Notes under the pieces: model-generated | What the model was told of the DNA's origin: nothing | Database searches by the model: none | Seen by the model: the letters and a program-made list of their open reading frames with translations, nothing else | Part shown: positions 51,618-64,000 of the stretch, piece by piece | How the letters are laid out: each line of letters begins with the position of its first letter | How positions within the stretch are numbered: position 1 is the stretch's first letter | Assembly (NCBI GenBank): GCA_030141605.1 | Contig: JAQGDQ010000644.1 | Span: 55,907 to 119,906, forward strand | Length of the DNA: 64,000 nucleotides | Source of the DNA: Tubiluchus corallicola | Taxonomy: Eukaryota > Animalia > Priapulida | Direction: 5' to 3' | Translations under genes and position numbers: made by a program

Positions 51618-53459
51618 ATTACAATGGTTAGCATTTTTAATGACTATTTACATAAGTTTGAGATAGTAACTCTTTATTGTACACATTCGTTGACAGTACT
51701 TGATCTTGTGAGTTACTAAGACAAGCAAAAAGCACCTTGTCATTCACTTATCGTGCCTTTAACCAGCTGATTGACATCACTAATTGTGTTTAGCTGCAGC
51801 ATCTTAGCAAAAAGTAACGGCAATCAGAACTTTCAACACCCGAGAGAGCGTGCATCTAGAGCAGCATGACTCTCAGCACCATCTGGATAACTTTCCACTC
51901 CATTCATGTTTCTATTATGCTATTACTTTTCATACATTGCAAAGAAGCTGAGCTTCGTAGACTTCATTAATAACAAAGTTCCTAGCATTAGGTAGAATCC
52001 TGTTTTCGTAAATCCAAATCGCTTTTGTATAAAGGAAATGTATAATCGAAGAAATGCTAAATTGATCATTAATGTAGATCTAGAAATTATTCACAAACAT
52101 TGAAATAGGCAGTCAGTCAAATAAAAAACAATTTGATCTCATTTCTTTTGTTTTTTAATAATTGAAATGTGGCTCTTCTAGGGTACAAGTAAATCAATAG
52201 GCACCACAACATTTACCACAGAAACCAACTGAAAGCATGTTTCACTTTCAAGAACTGTAAATTTGTAAAGAGATAGATCTGTAACTACAACTTCAATGAG
52301 GTCTTTAACTATGGAAGACAAGTTATACTTAATGTCTTACCAAACGGCTACATGTATAGTTTTGTAAACGACGTTTCGTCGCTTTTCCATCCACCAAATT
52401 TCCGATTTACGGGGATATTTTTACTCATCAAATAGTCTTTTATTTTTATTTTTTGCTGTCGCCTATTTTATACTTATCAAACGCTTTGATATTTGAAAAG
52501 CTTAAAAATCTTTTTTTAGATTTCAACTTGACATAAAAGATAATCTTTGATTTGCCATCTTGATCATCATGTTTTGTTTTCAGTTAGGGCAAGGACTCAT
52601 TACTTTTCATTTCGCGTACAATATCTGTTCTGTTATTAAATCTGTTAAACAGTAAAAAATTTCCTTCAAGTAATAGGAACATTATGTAATCATCTGTTTA
52701 CACACTGGTAAACGTATTCAGAGATTCGTGTTGTAAACCGTATACAGGCGTCATTTATATGTCCGTTCAGTAAGCGAAAACTTCAGTTAGCAAAACGATA
52801 GCTTGCAATTGTGCTGTGATAGCTTGAAATTTTACTGTGAGGACCAGTTACCAGAAAACGTTATTGCATGACGCCCACCACACTCTTGAAGGCTGGATGT
52901 TTTCAGTCAGAGCAGCGTGTCATGCTCGTCGAAACGTGCATATGTAAGGTTGTTTGTCTTCCGATGCACAAGCCACAAGTCAATAACACAACTGCAAGAT
53001 CAGCTTTTAAAAACTGATCTCAGTAGACTTACAGAGTTTAACGCATATAAGAAGAAAACAGGGAGAAAAGGACGAAAAAGAACAGAACCATAGATGGGAA
53101 AATATAAAAGAAAGAAAAAAGAGAAAAAAATTATACGAAGAGAGAAAGTGAGAAATAGAATAGAGAAAAAGAGAAACACAGAGTGAGAGAGAGGGGGAAG
53201 AGGAAACGTTAAGAGAAATGGGAAAAGGGAGGGGAAAGAATATAGAAAGGTGGAGAGAGAGTAACAGAGAGAGGGGAGGTAGAGAAGGATGGAGAGGGGC
53301 GAGTGGCGGGAGGCAAATAGAGAGCCCAGCGGAGAGGAAAGGAGAGACAGAAACAGAGATTTGATTTGATTTGATTTAAGTCTTTATTGCAAACTCTAGG
53401 TTCATACATACAAAAATTCATCCAGGACAAAAAATTACATGCAACAGTTATAAATATTT

Positions 53460-53462
<3 letters not shown>

Positions 53463-53498
<36 letters not shown>

Positions 53499-53525
53499 GT
53501 AGATAGAGAAAAAGAGAGAGAGAAA
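53463..53525. repeat. (GA)n microsatellite in a purine-rich tract
   Basis: Directly visible. Confidence 0.9.
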
Positions 53526-55794
53526 GAGATAGGGGACGACCACCATTTGAACTTATTCATTTGTTCCAAGGATTTTAAGCGTTATTTGGAACATTGGAAA
53601 ACAAAACAAGGTCTTTGATAAAACAATTTTGTACAAGACATTAGAAAACAAAAACAGCATAGCTGACTCTTCAAGCGGAAAAGGGAATGAATCAATGAAA
53701 TTTGAATTTGTCGCTTCATCTTATCTTTCTTGATTTCTTATTATAAATAGTTTATTTTCAATAAATTTCATTCTACTCACTTTATATTCTAATTTTTATT
53801 CGCAACATGAAATAATTACTAGATATCGATTGCATACGTCAGCCGCGCACAAAAAACCGGTAGTAAGAATCCGAAGTTTCGTTCATCTCCAGACGGCACA
53901 GATGTTGTATCTGTCTTCTGCCAGCTGATCCTCAAGATGCCAGACATGGCTTCACGATGGGCGAGGAATAAGCATTATAAACCTCCGGAACTAGTCCATC
54001 AAACTAGTCGATAACTTTGCGCGGGTGTAACGAGAGTAGAGACTAGAGAAACACTATATAATTATACGTCTAAAAGCATGTTTTTGTAAGCTAATGTTCA
54101 TAAAACCGACCTAAAGGTAAAATTGGTTGAACTTGGTTAGTTTTTTGCAAAAGCACCAAGAATGAAATTTCGTTGATAAAATGAGGTCATTTGCTAAAAT
54201 GACAATACATTCGAGGTGGCAAGACAAAAAAAGGTGGGAGACATATAAATACCGCCCCACTCAATACGTGACTATACTAATCACAGTATTACTTACATCT
54301 ATGATGTTAAACACAATAAAGCATTGTTTGCAATATTTCAATACATTACAAAATCATACCAAACGCCTAGTAAAGTAGTAAAAAATCCACTCCAGAAAAA
54401 CACTGCAATGTTAAAAGTACCTAAACCTAATGTTCACACAAAAATTACATTCCTACTTTAGTAGTGGGTGGAGAGAGGGTGGGGTTTCACCGGAAGCAAA
54501 TGGATGATTTTCAACAAGATGACGGATGTGATTCGTTGATTAGTCGGCTAGAAACAATGCGCGCGACACTGGCGCGCATGCTCACGAACATTCCTTACAA
54601 AAACTCATTTATCTGTTCTATCAATAAATTTGCCTTTTTTGTAATGACTCTTAATCGAAATAAACTTGAAGCTGAGCTTGACTTTAAGTTCTACAAGAAT
54701 GTATGTGAAGCAAACCACAATAACTGAAATTTGCTAGTAAATTTAACTATTGTAATCTTTGATGTCACTTTCATTTCTAAAGTTTCTATCTGTCAAATGT
54801 TAATAAACACACAATGTTACTTGCCTAATATTATAAAACTTTTAAAACCAAACTTATCAGAAATGAAAAACGCGGACAAGCAACCAACTTTTCGAAGTAG
54901 TTACAATGCTTAAATACAGTGCTAAACTATAAGTTGAGAATTTTTTGTGCTTTAAAATAGTTCAACATTTGAACTGGAATGAATGTTGTTAATGATGTAA
55001 ACCATATATTAAAGTCAGTAAATTCAAACTTGAAAACCCACACGCAAAATTTAGTGCAAAAATTGTGGTACATTGTGCACAATAATGTCAACCAACGATA
55101 TGTTTGGTATAAGATCATTGTTGACCTAAATAGCGAATTCTAAACTTTCGTTAAACTAAGCGCGTTTTTTCTGTAATCTATGATGTTTTAGGATGGTTAT
55201 ATTAGTAAAAGGTCATAAAGTCAATTCATTGGGTTTTACTAAGTACAAATTGTGAAGGCTAATACCGAAAGTCTTATTTCCAAAGAAATTATTAAAAATG
55301 ACAGTTTGATTGCTGAGACAGCGATTCATGAGAGTTTTAATGGCATTAAAATTGGCTTCATAATATTCTTACTGCTGTGAATTTAACTTCACCTATATAA
55401 ATACATATAGTGATGTACCATGCTCTTTTCTGTATGCAACCAAGCAGCGATATTATACCTCTGCTCTAGAGTCAGTGTGACAACAGAAGAAAACGCCCCA
55501 CTTTTTCAAAATGTAGATTCTACAATTCCTAATTACTGAGTAAGAATTTACTATAAGACGAGCGTCATTAGTTGATTAGCTGCAAAGAAAAGTGAAAAGT
55601 AAATTAATTGGAGATTTCTGAAACATCCTTTATTGCAGTGGAGCAACTTTTAATTTAGCGTACAATTTGATTTAAAACAACGATTAATTTCGGTCAGAAT
55701 TTAGTTTCGTGGATTCCATACAATTCAGGCGTCTGAAATTAATTACTGACCAAAATATAATTAACGGTAGTAGAAAGTTTCTATTAGGACGCTA

Positions 55795-56845
55795 GTCTGA
55801 ATCAAAAGTTCTTTTTTTCTATTTGTGCTGCAGCTCGCTGAGGACAAACGTTGTCTGAATCAAGAGTTCTTTTTTTTCTATTTGTACTGCAGCTCGCTGG
55901 GGATAAACGTTGTCTGAATTATTTCTAAGGATCAATGCTGAAGTGTTTAAATCTTTCTGTGCAAAATCTAAATATGTTAACATTTGTCTTCCTGCAGGTT
56001 TTTTAGCTGGTTCTATGGCTTGTTGAAGAGCTATCTTCACTGGAATATCATCAGGTAGTCTAAGCATATGCCCAATCCATCTTAAACGGCGTCTTTTTAT
56101 TTTTCTTGTCCAAGGTTCTTCTTTTACTTTTTCATATAGATCTTTGTTTGAAATTTTCTTTGGCCATCTAATACCCAAAATGTTTCTATAATTTCGCCTC
56201 TGAAATAAATGTACTTGGGGCATTGCGGCGAGCAGGGAGTCCTGGCATAGGGAGGTGAGCAGAGTTATGTCACTGGACGTGTGATTCATTGGATGATGAT
56301 GATGATGATGATTTTGTCTGAATCAAGAGTTCTTTTTTTCTACTTGTGCTGCAGCTCGCTGAGGATGGACCGTTGTCTGAATCAAGAGTTCTTTTTTTCC
56401 TATTTGTGCTGCAGCTCGCTGAGGATGGAACTCTGTCTGAATCAAGAGTTCTTTTTTCAATTTGTGCTGCAGCTCGCTGAGGATGACACGTTGTCTGAAT
56501 CAAGAGTTCTTTTTTCTATTTGTGCTGCAGCTCGCTGAGGATGGAATGTTGTCTGAATCAAGAGTTCTTTTTTTCTATTTGTGCTGCAGCTCGCTGAGGA
56601 TGACATGTTGTCTGAATCAAGAGTTCTTTTTTTCTATTTGTGCTGCAGCTCGCTGAGGATGGAACGTTGTCTGAATCAGGAGTTCATTTTTCTATTTGTG
56701 CTGCAGCTCGCTGAGGATAAACGTTGTCTGAATCAAGAGTTATTTTTTTCTATTTCTGCTGCAGCTCACTGAGGATGGAACGTTGTCTGAATCAAGAGTT
56801 CTTAATTTCTATTTGTGGTGCAACTCGCTGAGCATGGAACGTTGT
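55795..56845. repeat. 58-60-bp minisatellite, about 11 units, interrupted by a LINE insertion in the third unit
   Basis: Unit TTGTCTGAATCAAGAGTTC(T)nCTATTTGTGCTGCAGCTCGCTGAGGATGGAACG; two units before 55910 and about nine from 56314. Confidence 0.93.
55920..56313 (+). mobile_element. 5'-truncated, 5'-inverted RTE-like non-LTR retrotransposon fragment with 10-bp TSD
   Basis: TSD TTGTCTGAAT at 55910-55919 and 56314-56323. Minus-strand piece (about 56214-55920) encodes RNILGIRW...RRRLRWIGHMLRL...GRQMLTYLDFAQKDL. Plus-strand piece (56222-56284) encodes IAASRESWHREVSRVMSLDV-stop, followed by a (GAT)7 tail. Confidence 0.85.
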
Positions 56846-56879
56846 GGTGTGCTGAGCTGCATTTCAGAGTAAAACATTG

Positions 56880-57565
56880 AATTACATAATTATTTATTGA
56901 ACCATTGAGCAAAGCAAATTACAAAAGACAAAGAAAAACTAGACTTAAAAAGCATTATACATCGGAACAAAGAAACCACGTGTTAGTACTATAATGGGTC
57001 GAGCTCAGAAAACCCATACAACAGAGCAACATACATATATATATATATGATAAACTTGATATTACATGTATTACAGTTAGTCGGTCAATCAGACTTGCAC
57101 TCAGTTATGTCAGTCGGGCCTATATTCAAATATTTTGCATTAATTTGTAAAATTAATTTTAACCAATTTGGCATTAATTTTAATAACTTCTGCATCATGT
57201 GACTCATTTAAAACACGAATTTCTGATTAATAGACATATAACGAAACTTAGGACCGAAATCAGAAAGAATACATTCCTCTGTTATACGAGCGTAGAGTGC
57301 ACATTCAGCAATTACATGCAATTTCTCCTCTACTTTATTCAAACAACAATTTTTACATATTCATTGTTCTACAGGTATTTTTTCGGCTTATGATGTCTAC
57401 CGATTTTAATAGCTAATCTATAAGCACTAATACGAATTCTTGTTCTGTTAGTTTTGACATGTTTTTGAATACCAATCAACATTTTAATAATTTTCCATCT
57501 CATAAGAATTTTTAAGTTTTTAAATATTACATAACTTCTGAAAAAATAATTAACTCTTGTAACCA
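56880..57565 (-). mobile_element. Decayed 3' end of a non-LTR retrotransposon with a C-terminal CCHC finger (RTE-X-like); boundaries approximate
   Basis: Minus strand reads RIRISAYRLAIKIGRH, then after a frameshift and stop ICKNCCLNKVEEKLHVIAECALY (C-x2-C...H-x4-C), then a 3' UTR with AATAAA. Confidence 0.7.
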
Positions 57566-58156
57566 TATACGGTTATTTGAGCTCAATTGTCAGCTTGGAC
57601 CTCGTACAAGTTTCTTAGCAAAAAGGACCGAGATCGAACGCGAATTAAATACTACAATTATAATGCGAATGGCATAGCTCGTCAACGCTTCACACGTGTT
57701 CCTTCATATATCATTAAGCACATTAAATATCATAGCTATTCTAGACTCCATTACGAACCCTGTCATTCTAACAGAAGCAAGCGTGACTCGAGTGACAACA
57801 ACTTCAACATACATGCACCTCTTAATTACAGAATGTATCAGTCTATCTCTCCTATTCATTATAAATGTGACACGTGACAGCTTTCATTCCTGCTGTTGAT
57901 GCTGTGGCAGCTGAGCACATGAAATTTCGCCAGATGCAAAGTGAGATGGAAACTTTATATACATCCTGGTACAAAGAATTGATAGCAGTGCTTGCCCAGA
58001 ACAGAAAAAAGCACCAGTATGAAAATATTACACGAGAAGTATTCTAAATCAAACTTGATAATATGCCAGTCAAACTTTACATAAATTTCCTTTCCTTCTT
58101 CACTTCTTCATTCTTATCTTCTTTTACAGTGCAGTTCCGTTTCCGTCCTATGTTTA

Positions 58157-58222
58157 TTCTTTCTTTCTTTCTTTCTTTCTTCCTTCCTTCCTTCCTTCCT
58201 TCCTTCCTTCCTTCCTTCCTTC

Positions 58223-58273
<51 letters not shown>

Positions 58274-58305
58274 ACTAAATTTCTTTTCTTCATTCATTCA
58301 TTCAT

Positions 58306-58344
<39 letters not shown>

Positions 58345-58348
58345 TCTT
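58157..58348. repeat. (TTTC/TTCC/TTCA)n microsatellite
   Basis: Directly visible. Confidence 0.92.
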
Positions 58349-59160
58349 TAATTTTACATTTTTTCTTCTTCATTATAAACTACTAATATTCAAAAAAAGT
58401 TACAATTAATGCATTACTGTCGACAACAGAAACTACCTTTTCCACCAACCATTGCCATCAAAACTGACGACAACGGCACAGGTAAGATTAACAACAAGAA
58501 GAATTCTTGTCGTCTCATGCTGTTTAGAATTACACTCTGTACTATGCAGAAATATCTAATCTGTGCTTTTCGGCCACTTGAACATCATATAACAAGGTTT
58601 ATAGAATGGGTATGGTAACTGTATATTATCAGAAGGTTGTAAATGACGGAAGATCTTTTCCAGCTGGCTTCTTTACACTCTGGTAGAAATATGGCTTCTT
58701 TTTACTTTGGTAGAACTCACCAAGAAACTATAGACAAATACACATAGTGCTGTAAAAACATTATTAAAAAAACCACAATCTTTTAAAACCTTCTGAAGGG
58801 TACCCAGAGTGTAGTCAGACAAGTGGACGTATGACTATAATTTCGTTAATTTTCCTGCTTTGCAAGATTTCGTAAGAATTAGTAATCCCAGAACAAGTAG
58901 GTTAGGACAAATTAGGACAAATACCCACTACGGAACGAACTCTATAATCAAGCAAGCAATTCTACTTTGAAATTCTCTACCATTACAGGTTAAACAAATC
59001 AGGTCCCTATCAGCATTTATAACAAAATTAAAATCATTAATATTAACCAGATATGAAATACCATCACACCAGTGCGACAACATACACAGAAATTCGGAAT
59101 TTATATATCCACGGCCATATTAATTAAATCATAATTTTTAATATTTGCGAATAGTTGTAA

Positions 59161-59580
59161 ATATGTTTTATTTTTATTTGTCATTACTTTTCGTTACTGC
59201 ACAGTAGTTTAGATTGCACTGTAAGTTTTTATTAACTAACACTGACAGATCATCTCTGTAAAGTCTTTTTTAGTGATTATCAATGTATTTTAACGACAAA
59301 TAAAAGAATATTAATAAATATATAAATATCATAATATTATAAATATAACTAATGTAATATAATGTAACTAATATGTTTTATTTTTATTTGTCATTACTTT
59401 TCGTTACTGCACAGTAGTTTAGATTGCACTGTAAGTTTTTATTAACTAACACTGACAGATCATCTCTGTAAAGTCTTTTTTAGTGATTATCAATGTATTT
59501 TAACGACAAATAAAAGAATATTAATAAATATATAAATATCATAATATTATAAATATAACTAATGTAATATAATGTAACTA
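59161..59580. repeat. Tandem duplication of a 210-bp unit
   Basis: 59161-59370 and 59371-59580 read identically by eye. Confidence 0.92.
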
Positions 59581-59731
59581 ATAATATAATGTAACTAATT
59601 AATATATACACAGCTGCCCCCTATTAAAACCAATTGGTAATAGGACAGTGTTCAAAGGAGTAATGTGATTTTTTATTCACTTTTTAATTAATTCAGGGTA
59701 CATTTTTTCTAATTTTTAATTTATTTTTTAG

Positions 59732-59776
59732 GATGAGAAGAATCAGGTAATGACAACCAACGTATGGCTAAAACAG
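59732..59776 (+). CDS. nAChR gene 3, 45-nt loop D exon
   Basis: ttttttag|DEKNQVMTTNVWLKQ|gtaagt; phase 0/0, in frame with the 44103 donor across a 15.6-kb intron. Confidence 0.93.
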
Positions 59777-60875
59777 GTAAGTACAAACAAAGTCGAAATG
59801 GAGGGGATGTGAGAAGGAGAGGCGGACCACAAGAAATGGGAGAGGGAGAACGCGAGATAGAGAGAGAGAAAAGGAGAGAAGTCGAGGACAAACGGGGAGA
59901 GAGAAACCGAAAAGCGAGAAAGAGGTGGTGGAAGAAACGAAAAAAAGAGACGGAAAGATTGTGCAATGAACTCATGCAACCGTTTAAATTTTTGAAGCGT
60001 TATAAACACGGATTGTATTTTGACGTTCGTTAAACCTAGTAAGCATTAGGTTGTCAGTATTTATTTGACTGCACATTTAGATTCAATAACGTCTCCAAAG
60101 TTGAGGCTTATACTATGCATGCAGTTCACATTAACAAATCTGTCTTTGATTACACATCCAAGTTTATCATTGATTAGTTTTTCGTCAAGTTTATAAGGCA
60201 TTTTAGATTCAGTTATCTTCTTACCAACTAAGGTCACTCAGGCCCTCAGTAAGTCCTCGACGAACTGATTCTTCAACAAAACTAGTGTAGTGAGTCGAGT
60301 CAGTCCACCGTGATTGGCTCACGCATCAATGCTAACAACTCTACGTGATTCCTTGTCGTTGAAGTATCATGAATAGCTTTTTAACTTCATGTTTGCATAC
60401 CTTGGCGTCATGGAGTGGTTTCTTTTATCATCCAGTCTAGTTCACAAGTATAGCTAGATACAGGCTCTTGTGTCCGAGATCGGACAGCACCATAATTATT
60501 GTCGCCGAGTGACCACAATTGATGTATTACAGCTACATAGAATCACCGCCAGTATCTCTGGCTCTCCTGACCCCCAACTATCAGCCCACTAACGAAATAT
60601 TAAACTGTGTCCAATGTTAACGTAAAGTCAGTCATAACCGAAGCCCATGCAGTAACAAAATGAGTTGGCGAATCAATTGACCAACATAGGCTCAGGCAAC
60701 AAGGGCCGATGAGCCCTTGGCCATTGGCCAGAAGGCAGCTAGCTGTTTGTGGATTAAGTTCCCTTGTGCTGACCCTGGCACGCAAGTGAAGTCCTACTGT
60801 TGTACATACGCTTTTTTATCTTACTTTTTGTACTCTTGTACATAAATAATATATGTTACATAACATAATATGATG

Positions 60876-61012
60876 TGAAATGATGTGACGTGACGTGACG
60901 TGACGTGAGCTGATCGAACATGATATGACATGAGATGCATGACACGATATTGACATAAGATGACATGACGTGAGGTGACATGACGTGACATGACATGATA
61001 TGACATATGATA
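60876..61012. repeat. Degenerate (TGACA/TGACG/TGATA)n pentanucleotide repeat
   Basis: Directly visible. Confidence 0.85.
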
Positions 61013-62159
61013 TAATGTCTTAAGAGAGCCAACTTTGGGAACAGCGGACAGAAATACGTGGGCTGAGTAGCCAATAGACAACATAAGAATAGTCATGACA
61101 AACAAAGACGCTAAGAATATCTAAAGCAATTAGAAAATAAAGTCTCTGGACATGAAGAAAAATTCGAAAATAAAAATCGATGTTTGTTTCTTAAACTGCA
61201 TGTAGAAGCAAGAATGACTCCCCTTCTTGGTTTTACGCGTTTATTGTTTCTTCTTCTTGGAAACAGAAGCCAAAACTTTGTGTATTCTCCTGCTAGATAG
61301 ATAAATACGCTCCATTTATTTTCGTAGTTTAGAAAACCGAGAGAAATGAAGCCTCTAAATTCTCCACATTGTTTACCCTTCTGATTTGAACGATTTCCAG
61401 GCTACACAGCAATAAACGTGAAAAGGTTTTCGTTTGTTTTGGCTGTGTTTTGCCACTTTAGGTATCCAATAATTCTGTTTGCTTGCTTTTAAAGCGCCGT
61501 AAAACGGTAAATAAAACTTAACCCCAATTATTATTAGTCCCAGTCTAAAAGCTTTTTTGCTTGAATAGTTTGTTTTCCGAATGCGCAAAAAAGTAAACCG
61601 AAGCTTAACGTTGATTATCGCGTTATTCGGAAATGGTTCGCCTTGCTAAAATTTTAAAACAATTTTAATGCGTATACAAGATGCTGGCACACATGATCGT
61701 AATGGCTTTAAAGTTTTATTATTACCTGTAGGTAATAAGACATAATACAAGGTGTATAATAAAACGTTATGAAAATATTAAACTGTGTAGATTAAAGGCC
61801 CATTTAAAATGGGCTACAAAGCAAAAACAAGTAAGAATCGTGCAAGTATTAACACAATAAGTAAAGCATGGGTGAAGTGCCTCTTGATTTTAAAACAAAA
61901 AATTACCTGACTAAACAGTGAAACTTAATTAAAGCGTCTATATCAGTCGAAAAATTATATCATTGCTAAGAACAAGCAGTTATTTTCCTGGGGTGCATTA
62001 GGCTGATCGAATGTAATGAGCTGGGAAAATCATAAATGAGGTGCTAAAAGAACATGAAATACCTCAATACTTTTAGTACCTACTTTTTTGTATTTACTCC
62101 AATATTTCACTTGCTTCTCGCTTTATTGTCACATTTATATTTTTTCGATACGGGAATTT

Positions 62160-62178
62160 TTTGTTGCTGCTGCTGGTA

Positions 62179-62213
<35 letters not shown>

Positions 62214-62226
62214 CCTGCTGCTGCTG

Positions 62227-62318
<92 letters not shown>

Positions 62319-62339
62319 GCTGCCGCTGCCGCTGCCGCT

Positions 62340-62381
<42 letters not shown>

Positions 62382-62448
62382 GCCACCGCCACCGCCACCG
62401 CCACCGCCACCGCCACCGCCACCGCCACCGCCACCACCACCACCACCA

Positions 62449-62480
<32 letters not shown>

Positions 62481-62600
62481 GCCACCGCCACCGCCACCGC
62501 CACCGCCACCGCCACCGCCACCGCCACCGCCACCACCACCACCACCACCACCACCACCACCACCACTACCACTACCACTACCACTACCACTACCACTACC

Positions 62601-62640
<40 letters not shown>

Positions 62641-62641
62641 T

Positions 62642-62715
<74 letters not shown>
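62160..62715. repeat. Graded trinucleotide array (CTA-CTG-CCG-CCA-CTA)
   Basis: Directly visible; ends 25 nt before the exon at 62741. Confidence 0.95.
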
Positions 62716-62740
62716 ATTTAATTGCTTTATTTTCTATTAG

Positions 62741-62850
62741 GAATGGTATGATTACAAGCTACGGTGGAATTCGGAAGAATATGGTGGAGTGGATGCTCTG
62801 TACGTTCCGGCCAATGAGATATGGCTTCCAGATGTCGTGCTGTTCAATAA
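62741..62850 (+). CDS. nAChR gene 3, 110-nt loop A exon; remaining exons lie beyond the window
   Basis: ctattag|[36 protein letters not shown]-aa|gttatt; same size and phase as the equivalent exons of genes 1 and 2, but a weak donor. Confidence 0.92.
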
Positions 62851-63588
62851 GTTATTGCCAGTTACATTATTTGCAGTATTAGCTCTCTGTTCCTAGTGCC
62901 TACTAATTACATATACGCCTGTCATGTCTGACATCAATTTAACATCCCGCCATTTGATTCAATACCGCTAGTATTCATTGAGTAGTGTATAGAACTGAGT
63001 CAACAAAACGTCTTAGTGTAGCGGGCAAAACCTGTCATATGATGTGGCCCAATGTATGTCAGTTTGTGTTAAGTAGGAAAACTAACACGCCAAGTGTGGC
63101 TCGGTTTACTTACGTTCGATTAAATACGCCTTGCAAGTTATCAAGCAGCGGAAAAGTCATTGTTATTGATGGAGACTTAAAAGACTGTAAAAGCAAACCT
63201 TTAGAATCATTAATTTCAACGGGATTTGCTATTAATCCTCCAAAAAGTGGTTATGGCTATAGGCAACCATTTGTTATCCTTAATCAGTTATTATAAATAG
63301 AGACTGTAGCTATTTGGATCAATGTAATGAACTAAAAAATTCACAATTTGTTGAAACTGTCAATATTTTATCGCAAGACACGCATATTTTCAAAAATTTC
63401 AGGACCTTTTCCGTGGTATCATAAGAGACATCAAATCAATAAGAATACACTGTTACAGTTTAGAAGATGTTTTATTCTTTTATTATAATTGCCTTGTCGA
63501 CTGTCTCCCAGCAGCACTTCTGAAACCAGTAACTGGCAAGCTTTAGTTGACGTCCATCACAAGTTGCTTAGTAGATTTAAAGCAGTAC

Positions 63589-64000
<412 letters not shown>

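Noticed and set aside
55795-56845. CRISPR-like array with an acquired spacer
   Set aside because: Head-to-tail minisatellite; the insert is a LINE fragment with TSD and tail.

Overview
AT-rich, microsatellite-rich animal (invertebrate-type) genomic DNA with spliceosomal GT-AG introns; the species cannot be determined from the sequence. The window holds three + strand nicotinic acetylcholine receptor (Cys-loop) subunit genes in tandem. Gene 1 (last three exons, 1807-7269) is a diverged non-alpha, beta1-like paralog with an unusual pore-lining M2. Gene 2 (candidate signal-peptide exon 21152-21239, confident exons 31088-38070) is a near-complete, canonical arthropod/mollusc beta1-type subunit. 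Gene 3 (first three coding exons, 43837/43915-62850, continuing past the window) is alpha-like but has Phe at the loop A Tyr position. The rest is introns and spacers with non-autonomous DNA transposons (TTAA-flanked and hAT-like), tRNA-derived SINEs, LINE fragments, minisatellites and compound microsatellites; most long ORFs in the supplied track are repeat artefacts. No prokaryotic-type system or CRISPR array is present, and I cannot claim a new biological system. The best leads are the diverged beta1 duplicate, the Y-to-F alpha-like exon with a weak donor, a twin-priming-type 5'-inverted RTE-like LINE inside a minisatellite, inverted repeat pairs bracketing receptor exons, and a consistent AT-to-GC drift inside the long microsatellites. 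Comparisons with named reference proteins and repeat families are from recall, not from a search.
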